DNA of 64,000 bases from positions 16,182,001-16,246,000 of the forward strand of contig OX597834.1 in assembly GCA_951406725.2 (NCBI GenBank). Direction: 5' to 3'. Shown piece after piece: positions 40,768 to 53,517 of the stretch. The first letter of the stretch is position 1; each line of letters begins with the position of its first letter. A model generated the notes under the pieces. The model saw only the letters and a program-made list of their open reading frames with translations. It searched no databases and was not told the origin of the DNA. Source of the stretch: Octopus vulgaris (Eukaryota). Both the position numbers and the translations under genes were made by a program.

Positions 40768-41330
40768 GTGTGGCTGTGTGGTAGCTTGCATCCCAACCAC
40801 ATGGTTCCAGGTTCAGTCTCACTGCGTGGCACTTTGGGACAGTGTTTTTTTTTTTCTATAGCCATGGGCTGACCAAAGGTTTGTGAATGGATGTGGTAGA
40901 AAGGAAACTGAAAGAAGCCCATCGTGTGTGTATATATATATAACGGGAAGGTTTATGAAAATAAACAAAAGACGAAGTCAGGTGGAGTACAAACAAACAA
41001 ATGTATTAGTATGGCGCCCAAGAATAGAAATAGAACAAGTCTTTTATGTTTCGAGCCTACGCTCTTCGACAGAAAGATACACAGAAAAAAACAAATATAT
41101 AAGTATGTATACATTTGTGTTTGTGTGTCTGTGTTTGTACCACCGCCATCGCTTGACAACTGATGCTGATGTGTTTACCTCTCCGTAACTTAGCGGTTCA
41201 GCAAAAGAGACTGATAGAATAAGTACTAGGATTGCAAAGAATAAGTCCTGGAGTCGCTTTCTTCAGCTAACACCCTTTAAGGTGGTGCTCCAGCATGGCC
41301 ACAGTCAAGTGACTGAAACAAGTAAAAAGA
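40768..41330 (+). mobile_element. SINE family A copy with a Penelope-type insertion
   Basis: Family homology on both sides of 40945-41090. Confidence 0.8.
41040..41077 (-). ncRNA. Minimal type I hammerhead-like motif in a Penelope-type fragment (about 40945-41090)
   Basis: TCTTT-CTGTCGA-A-GAGC-GTAG-GCTC-GAAACATA-AAAGA: perfect 5-bp stem I, 4-bp stem II and a variant core. It is inserted in the (TA)n of a SINE. Confidence 0.6.
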
Positions 41331-41368
41331 ATTTTATAAAAATATAGATGTGTGTGTGTATGTATGTA

Positions 41369-41399
<31 letters not shown>

Positions 41400-41707
41400 G
41401 TGTATGTATGTATCGTAATTGATTTCTCCATGGTAACATGGTAAAAAATTCCTTTAGTTGATATAGCAATTGTTTGGGTTATTTTTTTTTTTCCAGCTGG
41501 GTGCCTTCCCTTCAACGAAGGGTTTATCTGTGAAACAGAGGTTACATTCACTTCTTTTTGTCTGGTCTATCAAGTAAGCTCAAAAGGCCCGACGTAAAAG
41601 GCAACATTAAGATTTGAACTCCTGACCAAGTAATCAGAGGTTCATCTGCTTAACCTCAAAAATATTTCTACCACTCTCTTTGCTTTCATGCCTACTTACA
41701 CACACAT

Positions 41708-41747
<40 letters not shown>

Positions 41748-42712
41748 TACATACGTATATAATTACATACATTCAGGGAATATATTTAGGACTTTGTAAC
41801 ACAAATACATAAATATAAACCTTCAAAGATAACACACTTATATACACACACATATAAATACATCAACCAAACACAAACATATATATATATGTATGTATAT
41901 ATATATAACCAAATACTAACAGAGAACAACACACATACACACACAAGAAAAGATAACTTTATAAATCTTTACACACGCATACACACACACACACATGCAT
42001 GCACATGCCAACACATTCAATAACAAATGAAAAATCATTTAAACACACACATACACACACACATATTCTGTCTCACATACAGAAACTCGTATACATATAT
42101 ACATACATAAATACATGCACATACACTGTCTCTCTCTCTCTCACACACAAACACACACACACACACACACACAACAATATATACACACACCTACAACCAC
42201 TCATATACACACTCAACCACACATATATGCACATACAACAACACATACATATATACAACCACATACGCACATGTAACTACACACACACAACTATACAAAA
42301 GCACACAGAACTATACACACACACACTCACAACCACTCATACACACACAGACACAACCACACATACATGCACATACAACAACACATACAGACACACGCAG
42401 CTACATATACGGACATACACAACACACACACACACAACTACACACACATACACAACTACATATACAGACACACACACACACAACTACACACACACACACA
42501 GAAACCGAAACATGCTAACACAAAAACCAAAAATGGGAGCATTGATTGATAAAGTTCTAATACTACTACTAACGCTACCACCAATACTACTACTACTACT
42601 ACAAACTAACTGACTGACACCACAACCAACACCATCACTGCCACCAGCACCACCACCACCACCACCACAACCACCACCACTACCACTACTACTACTACTA
42701 CTACCTACTACC

Positions 42713-42760
<48 letters not shown>

Positions 42761-43115
42761 GCTGCTGCTGCTATCAGAGAGTTACAGTTTCTGTTTGGTC
42801 TAGATTTCCAACTATCTTATTATTTGAGGAAAAACCATTCCTTTTCTATGCAGTACTCAATTGATTTCTTTTGAAATACTTGCTCTGCTGCAACCCGTCT
42901 ATCACCACCACCAACACCACCACCGCCACAACCACCGCCAACACCACCGCCACAACCACCATCACCACCACCGCCACAACCAATGCCACCACCACCACCA
43001 ATACCAGCAATGCCATACCCCCAGCACAGTCACTACTGCACTCATACTCTTTCTTCCTCGCTCGCCCCGCCTCACCTCACCTCCAACCCCTCACCTTTGC
43101 CAACATCCTCATCGT

Positions 43116-43149
<34 letters not shown>

Positions 43150-43332
43150 ACTGTTCACCACTAACACACCATATCAGCTATCAAATGATACTTTTCCACA
43201 GACTATTAGTCTCGTATTAATATTTCTCTCTGTTCTCCTTGCTCTCCGTGTCTTCCTCCGACTCCATTTAGTCTCACATAGCTTTTCACAGACACACACC
43301 ACAACAACAACAACAACAGTAACAAAATCATA

Positions 43333-43371
<39 letters not shown>

Positions 43372-43863
43372 ATTATTATTATTATTATTTCTCAGTGGTG
43401 GTGTTATTATTATTAAAAGAACAACAATTACACCAGCAATGATGTCAAGAGACCCCTGTTATCTCGGCTCCCCCCCCTTCTTTTCCTCCCCCCCCATTTT
43501 CCGATATTTTCTCCTTTATAGTGTGTAAGTTCCCGAATTGTTGTTGTTGTTGTTGTTGTTGTTACTGCTTGTAGTGACGGTGGAGGTGACGGTGGTGCAT
43601 GATGGTAGTCGTGGCAATGTCGTTCTTCTTCTTGTTGTTGTTGTTAGTCTTATTATCGTTGAGATTCCGTTCTCTTCTGTTCTGTTCAACAGCTCCAGTT
43701 CAGCTCCGATTGAGCAGACCTATGCCATGGAATCAGTCAATTGAACTCTCGGAGATGACCCACTAATTCAACTTGAGTCGAAAAATAAAGGTCTCAGACA
43801 CTCCAGTCTAGTCTAGTCTAGTCTAGTCGAGGGTGGGGGGACGAGAAAGGGAGGAGAGGTATA

Positions 43864-44272
43864 TATTTCTTTACTGCCCACAAGGGGCTAAACATAGGGG
43901 GGATAAACAAGGACAGACAAAGGGATTAAGTCGATTATATCGACCCCAGTGCATAACTGGTACTTAATTTATTGATCCCGAAAGGATGAAAGGTAAAGTT
44001 GACCTCAGAATTTGAACTCAGAACGTAACGACAGGCGAAATACCTATTTCTTTATTACCCACAAGGGGCTAAACACAGAGGGGACAAACAAGGACAGACA
44101 AAGGGATTAAGTCGATTATATCGACCCCAGTGCGTAACTGGTACTTAATTTATTGGCCCCGAAAGGATGAAAGGCAAAATCGACCTCGGAATTTGAACTC
44201 AGAATGTAACGACAGACGAAATACCGCTAAGCATTTCGCTCGGCGCGCTAACGTTTCTACCAGCTCACTGCC
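43864..44272 (-). mobile_element. SINE family B tandem dimer
   Basis: Two consecutive copies, the second lacking the first ~45 nt of the head. Confidence 0.8.
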
Positions 44273-44511
44273 TTATATACCTCACCACTACCACTATCAT
44301 TTAACATGCTGGCATGGGTAAATGGTTTGGCAGGGGCTGGCAAGCCGGGGAGCTGCACCAGGCCCCAATTGTCTATTTTGGTGTCATTTATTATGATTGG
44401 ATGCCCTTGCTAATGACAACCACTTTACGGAATGTACTAGGTGCTTTTTGTGCAATGCCAGCATGGATGCTTTTTATGTGGTGCCAGAATGAGTGTTTTC
44501 TACATAGCATA

Positions 44512-44927
44512 GGCGCAGGAGTGGCTGTGTGGTAAGTAGCTTGCTTACCAGCCACATGGTTCTGGGTTCAGTCCCACTGCGTGGCATCTTGGGTAAGTGT
44601 CTTCTGCTATAGCCCCGGGCTGACCAATGCCTTGTGAGTGGATTTGGTAGATGGAAACTAAAAGAAGCCTGTCATATATATGTATATATATATATATATA
44701 TGTGTGTGTGTATGTCTTTGTGTGTCTGTGTTTATCCCCCTAGCATTGCTTGACAACCGATGCTGGTGTGTCTACATCCCCGTCACTTAGCGGTTCAGCA
44801 AAAGAGACCAATAGGATAAGTGCTGGGCTTACAAAGAATGAGTCCTGGGGTCGATTTGCTCGACTAAAGGCGGTGCTCCAGCATGGCCACAGTCAAATGA
44901 CTGAAACAAGTAAAAGAGTAAAAGAGA
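44512..44927 (+). mobile_element. SINE family A copy
   Basis: Full-length homology; inserted into a family C element. Confidence 0.85.
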
Positions 44928-44934
44928 GTTGAGA

Positions 44935-45490
44935 GCACCAGAACGGGTACATTTTACATGGTGCCAGAAGAGGAGCTGTTTATGTGGCACCAGAATAAGT
45001 GCTTTTTATGTGGTGCCAGAACAGGTGCTTTCTACACAGTGCCAGAATGGGTGCTTTTTACATGGTGCCAGAAGAGGAGCTGTTTATGTGGCACCAGAAT
45101 AAGTGCTTTTTATGTGGTGCCAGAACAGGTGCTTTCTACACAGTGCCAGAATGGGTGCTTTTTACATGGTGCCAGAAGAGGAGCTGTTTATGTGGCACCA
45201 GAATAAGTGCTTTTTATGTGGTGCCAGAACAGGTGCTTTCTACACAGTGCCAGAATGGGTGCTTTTTACATGGTGCCAGAAGAGGAGCTGTTTATGTGGC
45301 ACCAGAATAAGTGCTTTTTATGTGGTGCCAGAACAGGTGCTTTCTACACAGTGCCAGAATGGGTGCTTTTTACATGGTGCCAGAAGAGGAGCTTTCTATG
45401 TGACGCCAGAATGGGTGTTTTTTACATGGCACCAGTATGAGGAGCTTTTTGTGTGACACCAGCATCAGTGCTTTTTATGTAGGACCAGCA
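44935..45490. repeat. 104-bp higher-order repeat built from five ~21-bp monomers
   Basis: Identical blocks recur every 104 bp (44999, 45103, 45207). The monomer is GTGCCAGAAnnnGTGCTTTTTAY. Confidence 0.95.
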
Positions 45491-45522
45491 TGGATACTCA
45501 TATATTCAATTCTTCTATGGAA

Positions 45523-45822
45523 TACAGTTCTATATTTAAGAGACGAGGAATGATGTACATTCTTTACATTATTTACATTTAAAGGATATTTGTCCTCATC
45601 TTGTTTGTTCTTAACACAGCGTTTCGGCTGATATACCCTCCAGACTTCATCAGGTGTTTGGGGGAAATTTCGAACCTGAGTTCTCATTCCTATGGTATTT
45701 TTTCGATGTTATAATTATAATCATTATTATTATTATTATTCAGGTCACTGCCTGGAATTGAACTTGGAATATTGGGGTTAGTAGCCCGAGCTCTTAACCA
45801 CTACGCCTTATGCTCGTGGGCA
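45523..45822 (-). mobile_element. tRNA-headed SINE-like element carrying a minimal hammerhead ribozyme (most complete copy)
   Basis: Minus strand: A-box GGCGTAGTGG, B-box-like AGTTCAATTCC, (AAT)n, then AACAC-CTGATGA-AGTCTG..CAGCC-GAAACGCT-GTGTT, then an AT-rich tail. Confidence 0.8.
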
Positions 45823-46129
45823 ATTATGGAGTGAATTTTAAACCTTATAAATCTAATATTTTCCTATCCTTCTTATAATAATAATAATAAGAAGAAGAAG
45901 AAGAAGATTCTAACTGGGCCCCACCTGCAAGGTCATGTGCTGTTTATTTTGATATGAGATCACCATGTCGCGCACATATGGTTGTGATGCATGTGCCTAG
46001 TGTACCCTTATCAGACGGGTAGTCATGATGGGTATACTGGGCTTCGTATATTTTACCCCAGTGTCACTTTGATGGCATGCACTGCTCTCTCACTCAATAA
46101 TAATAATAATAATGATAATGATAATAATA

Positions 46130-46272
46130 ATATCAAAAAAACACCTTAGGAATGAGAATCCAAGTTCAAAATTTTTCCCAAGAGACCTGATGAAGGCTGG
46201 AGGGTAAATCAGCCAAAACTTTGTGTTAACAACAAACAAGATGAGGACAAATATACGTCAAATGTAAATAAT
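46130..46272 (+). mobile_element. 3' half of tRNA/hammerhead element, inverted relative to 45523-45822
   Basis: CCTTAGGAATGAGAA...CTGATGAAGGCTGGAGGGTAAATCAGCCAAAACTTTGTGTTAAC..., with the GAAA core mutated. Confidence 0.75.
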
Positions 46273-46544
46273 GAAAACGAGATGATAAACCCCCAAAGGG
46301 TCCACTTAATTATTGGTCCTTATCCATACCAAATGCCAGCAGCCTCATCAAACCAAATAATGTATCTGGCTACATTTTAACACTGGTTTCAAATTTTGGT
46401 ACAAGGTTACCAATTTTAGAAGGAGGTGCTAAGTTGATTACATCGACCCCAGTGCTCAACTGGTACTTATTTTAACAACCCCGAAAGGATGAAGGACAAA
46501 GGTCAACCTCAGATTCTGGAAAATAATGATGGGAAATACACATA

Positions 46545-46960
46545 GGCGCAGGAGTGGCTGGCTGTGTGGTAAGTAGCTTGCTAACCAACCACATGGTTCC
46601 GGGTTCAGTCCCACTGCGTGGCACCTTGGGCAGGTGTCTTCTGCTATAGCCCCGGGCCGACCAAAGCCTTGTGAGTGGATTTGGTAGACGGAAACTGAAA
46701 GAAGCCCATCGTATATATGTATATATATATATGTATGTATGTGTGTGTGTGTTTGTGTGTCTGTGTTTGTCCCCCTAGCATTGCTTGACAACCGATGCTG
46801 GTGTGTTTACGTCCCCGTCACTTAGCGGTTCGGCAAAAGAGACCGATAGAATAAGTACTGGGCTTACAAAGAATAAGTCCCGGGTCGATTTGCTCAACTA
46901 AAGGTGGTGCTCCAGCATGGCCGAAGTCAAAATGACTGAAACAAGTAAAAAAAAAAAAAA
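46545..46960 (+). mobile_element. SINE family A copy
   Basis: Full-length homology with an A-rich tail. Older partial copies lie near 440-650, 17575-17870, 23935-24620, 55085-55235, 60500-60640 and 63770-64000. Confidence 0.85.
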
Positions 46961-47633
46961 ATTCTTCTCAATAGTCTGTAAGATATGATGGATTCTCTTT
47001 TTCTCACAGCTCCCATATTCCCAGTTTTAGAGGAGCTGCCCTTATGTTTTTGGCTAAATCATACGGTGGGGAGAGATAGCCGGGGGGGCAGACAAATTTT
47101 GGATCTCATGGTTTAGATCTGGCACAAGAGTGTTCTGATCAGCTTTTGTATTTCAACTGCAAACTATTAATGTGTGTGTGCGTTTGTGTGTGGTGTGTGT
47201 GTGTATGTGTGTGTGTGACTCCGAAGTTCACAACTATTGTTATGGACACAAACTAACATTCATACACACGCAATTTATTATAATAATGATAGTAAAGAAA
47301 ATATGGTGATGAAACCGTCATCAGTCAATATGATCTTCAAAGAATATTTTACACACATTGATATACATACATACATACATACACACATACACATACATAC
47401 ATACATACATACATATGCATACATACATACAAACACATACATACATACATATGTACAAACACATACATACATATGTATACTTCTTTATATATACACAAAT
47501 ATTCATACATATATATATATATATATCTTACATACATAAACATACACATCCATACATAAAAACACACACATGCAAATAGATACACAGATATATATATACA
47601 CAGACACACATACACGTGTACATGCATACATAT

Positions 47634-47665
<32 letters not shown>

Positions 47666-47835
47666 GTAAACATACATATACATACACAAACATACACAGG
47701 GGTGGTGCAGGTTTGAGAAGGAGCTTGTATTGTAGTTTTTCTGTTTTTTCTTATCCAAAATAACAACCTTTGGTAGGAAGAGATCAATTTGAGGTAGAGC
47801 GAGAAGGGGGACAAAGAGGCAGTAACAGATGACAA

Positions 47836-47879
<44 letters not shown>

Positions 47880-48041
47880 GAACAGGGTGACAAAGACAGA
47901 GGAAGAGGGGAACCAAGAGTCAAAGACAACTCACACCAAACACTCATCAATAATGCCACAACAAAACTTCTGTTTGTTCTATAATCATAAATAGCTTTTC
48001 TTAGCCCCACCCCATCTACCCGCATCTCTTACCAGGCTGTG

Positions 48042-48094
<53 letters not shown>

Positions 48095-48481
48095 CATACA
48101 CACACACAAACACTTATTTATACATATATATATATAGAACCATATATATACACACACACACAAACATATTCATATATACATATATAAACATGCACACACA
48201 CATATATACATACATATATATATACACACACAAACATTTATACTATTATATACAAACACAAACATATATTCATATATACATATATAAACATACACACACA
48301 CACACATATATATACATAGATACATATATATATTTATATACACACACACACAAACATATACTATTATAAACAAACACAAACATATATATATACACACACA
48401 CACAAACATATTCATATATACATATATAAACATACACACACACACACACACATATACATACATATATATACACATATATAA

Positions 48482-48516
<35 letters not shown>

Positions 48517-48915
48517 CACACATACACACATATACATATAAACTCTTTTAAGTGTGTGCGTGTGTGTATCTATACACACACACACACATATATATACACA
48601 CTGGATGATAGAGATTCACTTAGATCTTGCTTATAAATCATCCATCCAATGTAATTTTGATGACAAGCACTTTGATTATCTTGTCTAATTTAATTTAAGA
48701 CTATATACACACATTATATATGTATATATATATGTGTGTGTGTGTACGCATATATACATACATCCATATATGTATACATACAGACATACAATTATTATAC
48801 CTTCATTATATGTGTGTATGTGCATATGTACCTTACATATAAACCTCTGTACTTTTGTTATATAACTATATCATCTGTATATGTTGCATGAGTTTATTTG
48901 ACTGTGTGCGTGTGA

Positions 48916-48963
<48 letters not shown>

Positions 48964-49026
48964 AGATAGATAGATAGATAGATAGATATATACATATGAA
49001 CAAGCACACATACATAATAGTGTACA

Positions 49027-49071
<45 letters not shown>

Positions 49072-49132
49072 TTATATATATTTATATATATATATATACA
49101 CATATGAACACACATACATACATCAGTGTACA

Positions 49133-49179
<47 letters not shown>

Positions 49180-50496
49180 TTATATATATCTATATCTATA
49201 TATATATATATACACATACACACATATATATTTATATACACACATACACACACACACACACACTGTGTGTGTGTGTGTGTAAGTGTGTCAGGGTAAGTCA
49301 AGTCTGCTTGACGGAAGGGAACTCCAGAATTCCATTTCAAAAACCAAACTGCCAAACAGTGACATAACGTTACATCGTTTGACAGTGTCAAGGGTCATAG
49401 TAGTGTGTGTGTGTGTGTGTGTGTGCATGTGACGGGAAGAGGGGGATATCTTGATGGTAGGAGAAAGTAGCATGAGGAGGAGGCAGTGATGTCTTGCTGT
49501 AGGAAACATTGTAGTGGGGTAGGGTGGGGTTACTTGTGAACGTGACTGTTCCTACCTATTGCAGATGAAACTGTTAGACCATGACAAGAATAAGGACCCA
49601 AAGGACAAAGCAGGGGCGGGGGTGGGAGACAGACAGAATGTTTTGAGGCATTTAGTTACAAGCTCGCAATTTTAACACCCCCTAGTCAAAAACCTACTGA
49701 TTTCAATTTCATTTTTCTCTCTTTCAAGTTTGGTAAACTGAAAGTACAGAACCAAGTATCAAAAACATCAATGGAATCACCGATTCCTTTACCTTTGCCC
49801 ACCGCTACTCCACCATCACCACCAGTATTCTACACACATGCAAAAAAAGAAAAAGCGGAAGAGCGCACCTGATTTAGTAAACATAGGTAGTATCATTCGA
49901 TTGTTAGACAGGGTGGCTTGTGGTATTTACTCACATCCATACAGTCCTTCGATATTTGATCAATCTGAATGCTAAAGGGTTAAATATCTAATCCTGAAAA
50001 AGCTCCTCTCTCCATGGGCAGGCTCTAAAAGAGGGAAGGTCTTCTTTTTTTTTTAAAGGAATGCCATTAGTTGCCCTAGAATTCTGTATCATAGAACCCC
50101 AGGTAGACCGGTAGAGAAGCATCTGATGAAACGCTTCACAGTGTATAGACAAGATCATTTACGTTCCAATTTCAAATTCTGCCAATGTCAACTCAGCCCT
50201 TCAGCCTTCCAGAATCAACAAAAAAAAAAGTACCAGCTTTGCTTTATGTTGACACTGGCCATATTTGGCCTCTTATACATACCCTACAATATCCTAAATA
50301 TAAACAATCACATCATTGAAACCTCAAAGGTACAAGATGAATGCATGATTAATCCAAAGCAATTTGAATAAATGAGTATCGCATTTAATTGAGTAATCTG
50401 AATATTAAGGAATTAAGCATGTCAATGGAGATGGTCAATGTCATCGTCTTACACCCTTCCCCAAAATTTCAGACCGTGTATGTATACTAAAAAGGG

Positions 50497-50544
<48 letters not shown>

Positions 50545-51348
50545 GCTGTAAGCATCTAACACTATTCCACCTATGACTACATTCTGAGTTCAAATTCCAC
50601 CGGGGTCAACTTTGCCCTTCATCCTTTTTGGGGTCAATGAAATATGTACAAGTTGAACTCTAGGCTTCAGGTAATCAACTGTCCTCCACATGCCAAATTT
50701 CAGGCTTTGTACCTTTAGTAGAAAGAATCATCATCATCATCAGCAGCAGCAGCAGCAGAGGAGGAGGCAGTGAGTTGGTAAAATTGTTAGCACTCCAGAC
50801 GAAATGCTTAGTGCTATGTTCTTAGTTCTTAGTTCAAATTCCACCAAGGTCAACTTTGCCTTTAATCCTTTCGGTCGATTAAATAAGTACCAGTTATGCA
50901 CTGGGATCAGTGTAATCAACTTAATCCCTCGCCCCCACAAATTTTAGACCTTGTGCTTCCAGTAGAGAGAATTAGTAGTTGTGGGAGTCATCGTCTGATA
51001 ATTATATAAAGTTTTCTTTCAGCTCCTTGTGTTTTCAGTGAAAAACCTGCTGGGGTCAATAAAATAAAGTACCGGTTAAGGATGGAGGATGTTGGGGGGG
51101 GGTGATCTAATTGACTGACTTTCACATTTGTAATCATTGGTCTTATGCCTAAAGCAAAATCTTTTATTATTATTATTATTATTACTATTATTATTATTAT
51201 TATTGGTGGTGGTGGTGGTGGTGGTGGTGGTACATATTGATAATTTCTCAGCTTGGCAGAAGGGTAAAAATTTCCTCTAGGCAAAGGTAGATTTGAAGGA
51301 ATTGATTTCACTACAAGTCAGGTACTTATTACGTCATCTCTCTGGCCC

Positions 51349-51433
<85 letters not shown>

Positions 51434-52200
51434 CATACACAGCTCTTTACAGGAGCCTTTACATACTTACTCAACATACCAAATGCTTAACAACCAAATC
51501 TCCTTAATACCACACATTACTGGCTGGCCAAAATTTTAAAAAAAGGGGAAAAGATATTGTTCATAATGCAATCCTAAATACATACTGAAAAATAATGTCT
51601 TTGATCACAGATCTGCAGAGTCAGAACCAGCCAGGGGCTAAACAACAATAGGGAGGAAAGGCAGTTATTGAATAGAGAAAGTGAAAGTAAAATGTACATT
51701 GCTATATCACCCACACATGTAGATATCCTGTTCAGCTCTTAATCACTCCTGATTAAATAGACTTGTGATCAAAAGCATTTTCAGCTATGAGCATCCCGTT
51801 CTTTTATTTGCTTACACTTCTGCTTCTTACAGTCACCAGACTTTGGCCAGGCTGGAGCACCACCTCGAAGCATTTTAGCTGATCAAAGCAACCCCACTAT
51901 TCATTGTAATTCTCATACTTAAAATGATTCTGTTGGCCTTTCTTTGACATAGGTTTAATCTGCACAGATGTAAACAAACCGACACTGGCTGTGAGGTAAT
52001 AAGAGTCAAAGACGAGAGAGAGAGAGAGAGAGAAAGAGTGTGTGTGTGTGTGTGTGTAACAACATCATGACTATTGTTTAACACTCATGTTTCCATGCTA
52101 GCATGGGTCAGACGGAATTTGTTGAGGTAGATTTTCTATGGCCGGATGTCTTTCCAGCTGCCAACACTCACCTGTTTCCCATCAAGGTAATATGTCCTCA

Positions 52201-52433
52201 AAAGGCGGTGAGCTGGCAGAAACGTTAGCACTCCGGGCAAAATGCATAGGTGTATTTCGTCTGCCGTTACATTCTGAGTTCAAATTCTGCCGAGGTCGAC
52301 TTTACCTTTCATCCCTTCGGGGTCGATAAATTAAGTACCAGTTACGCACTGGGGTCGATGTAATCAACTTAATCCGTTTGTCTGTCCTTCTTTGTCCCCT
52401 CTGTGTTTAGCACCTTGTGGGTAGTAAAGAAAT
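52201..52433 (+). mobile_element. SINE family B copy
   Basis: Family homology; TSD about AGGTAATATGTCC. Other copies at 11203-11410, 31850-32070, 36120-36322, 50560-50970 and 61237-61462. Confidence 0.85.
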
Positions 52434-52773
52434 AGGTAATATGTCCCCATAGCCAGACATATTCTTACAGAAAGCTGGAAGCTAGGGAAACCACCTGTAC
52501 AACGATGAATCTCATGTCATATCTACTGTGAGGTGACAAAACAAGGAGATGAACATGGACACACACACACACACAAACAAACATCATCATCATCATCATC
52601 ATTTAATGTCTGTCTTCCATGCTGGCATGTGTTGGATGATTTGAGAGGAGGTGGCAAGCCAGACGACTGCGCCAAGCTCCATTGTCTACTTTGACATGGT
52701 TTTTATGACTAGATGCCCTTCCTAATGCCAACCACTTTATAGAGTGAACTACGTGTGTGTGTTTATTTATATA

Positions 52774-53153
52774 TCTCTCTCTATATAAACGGCAGTTTGT
52801 CTGTGCGTGTTTCTGTGTGTCTGTTTGCTTGTACCCTCACCCTGACCACGGCTTTCAACCGATTCTGATGAAACTTGACACACACATAGCCCAATGTCAT
52901 AATTCAAAACTAACGCAGCGAAAAGTTTGAAAAGTTCCCCCAGTTCTGAAAAAAATCGATAAATTCGACATGGGGTCGAGAATCAGAAACACAAACTGCA
53001 AACTGTCTAGGGGACGCAACTCCACCTTTTTTAACAAAAAAAATTTACCATCATTTTTTTCCATTTTTTTGCTATTTTTTGGCTATAACTCTCTAAAAAT
53101 GCTTTATAGTTATTTCCCTTACAAACCTGAGCAACGCCGGGCGATACTGCTAG
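52774..53153 (+). mobile_element. Non-autonomous Helitron
   Basis: 5' TC...TATATAAA followed by CTGT repeats, a subterminal imperfect hairpin CCTGAGCAACGCCGGG, a 3' CTAG, and insertion between A and T with no TSD. Confidence 0.85.
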
Positions 53154-53162
53154 TATATATAT

Positions 53163-53407
53163 AAACAATTGCAGCATGGAAGGTGTTTGTAAGCCATTTA
53201 AGAAACACACAAAAGCCGTTCGATTCACTTCAACATTTAAGTTTAATTTGTCAAAATATTTTCGTCGCTAAAATCCACGACCTGTTCACTGACAAAAATT
53301 CGATAAAGCACGGATTTGACAAATTAAACTTAAATGTTGAAGTGAATCGAACAGCTTTTGTGTGTTTCTTAAATAGCTTATAAACACCTTCCACGCTGCA
53401 ATTGTTT
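53163..53407. repeat. Inverted repeat, 93-bp arms, 59-bp spacer
   Basis: 53163-53255 versus 53315-53407, with about 5 mismatches. Confidence 0.95.
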
Positions 53408-53517
53408 TCGTTTCAGCACACGATCTCAGATCAAATTACTTGCTATGCGAGTACATCTCTGTAATATATATATATATATATATATAAATATACATATATA
53501 TATATATCATTTAATTT

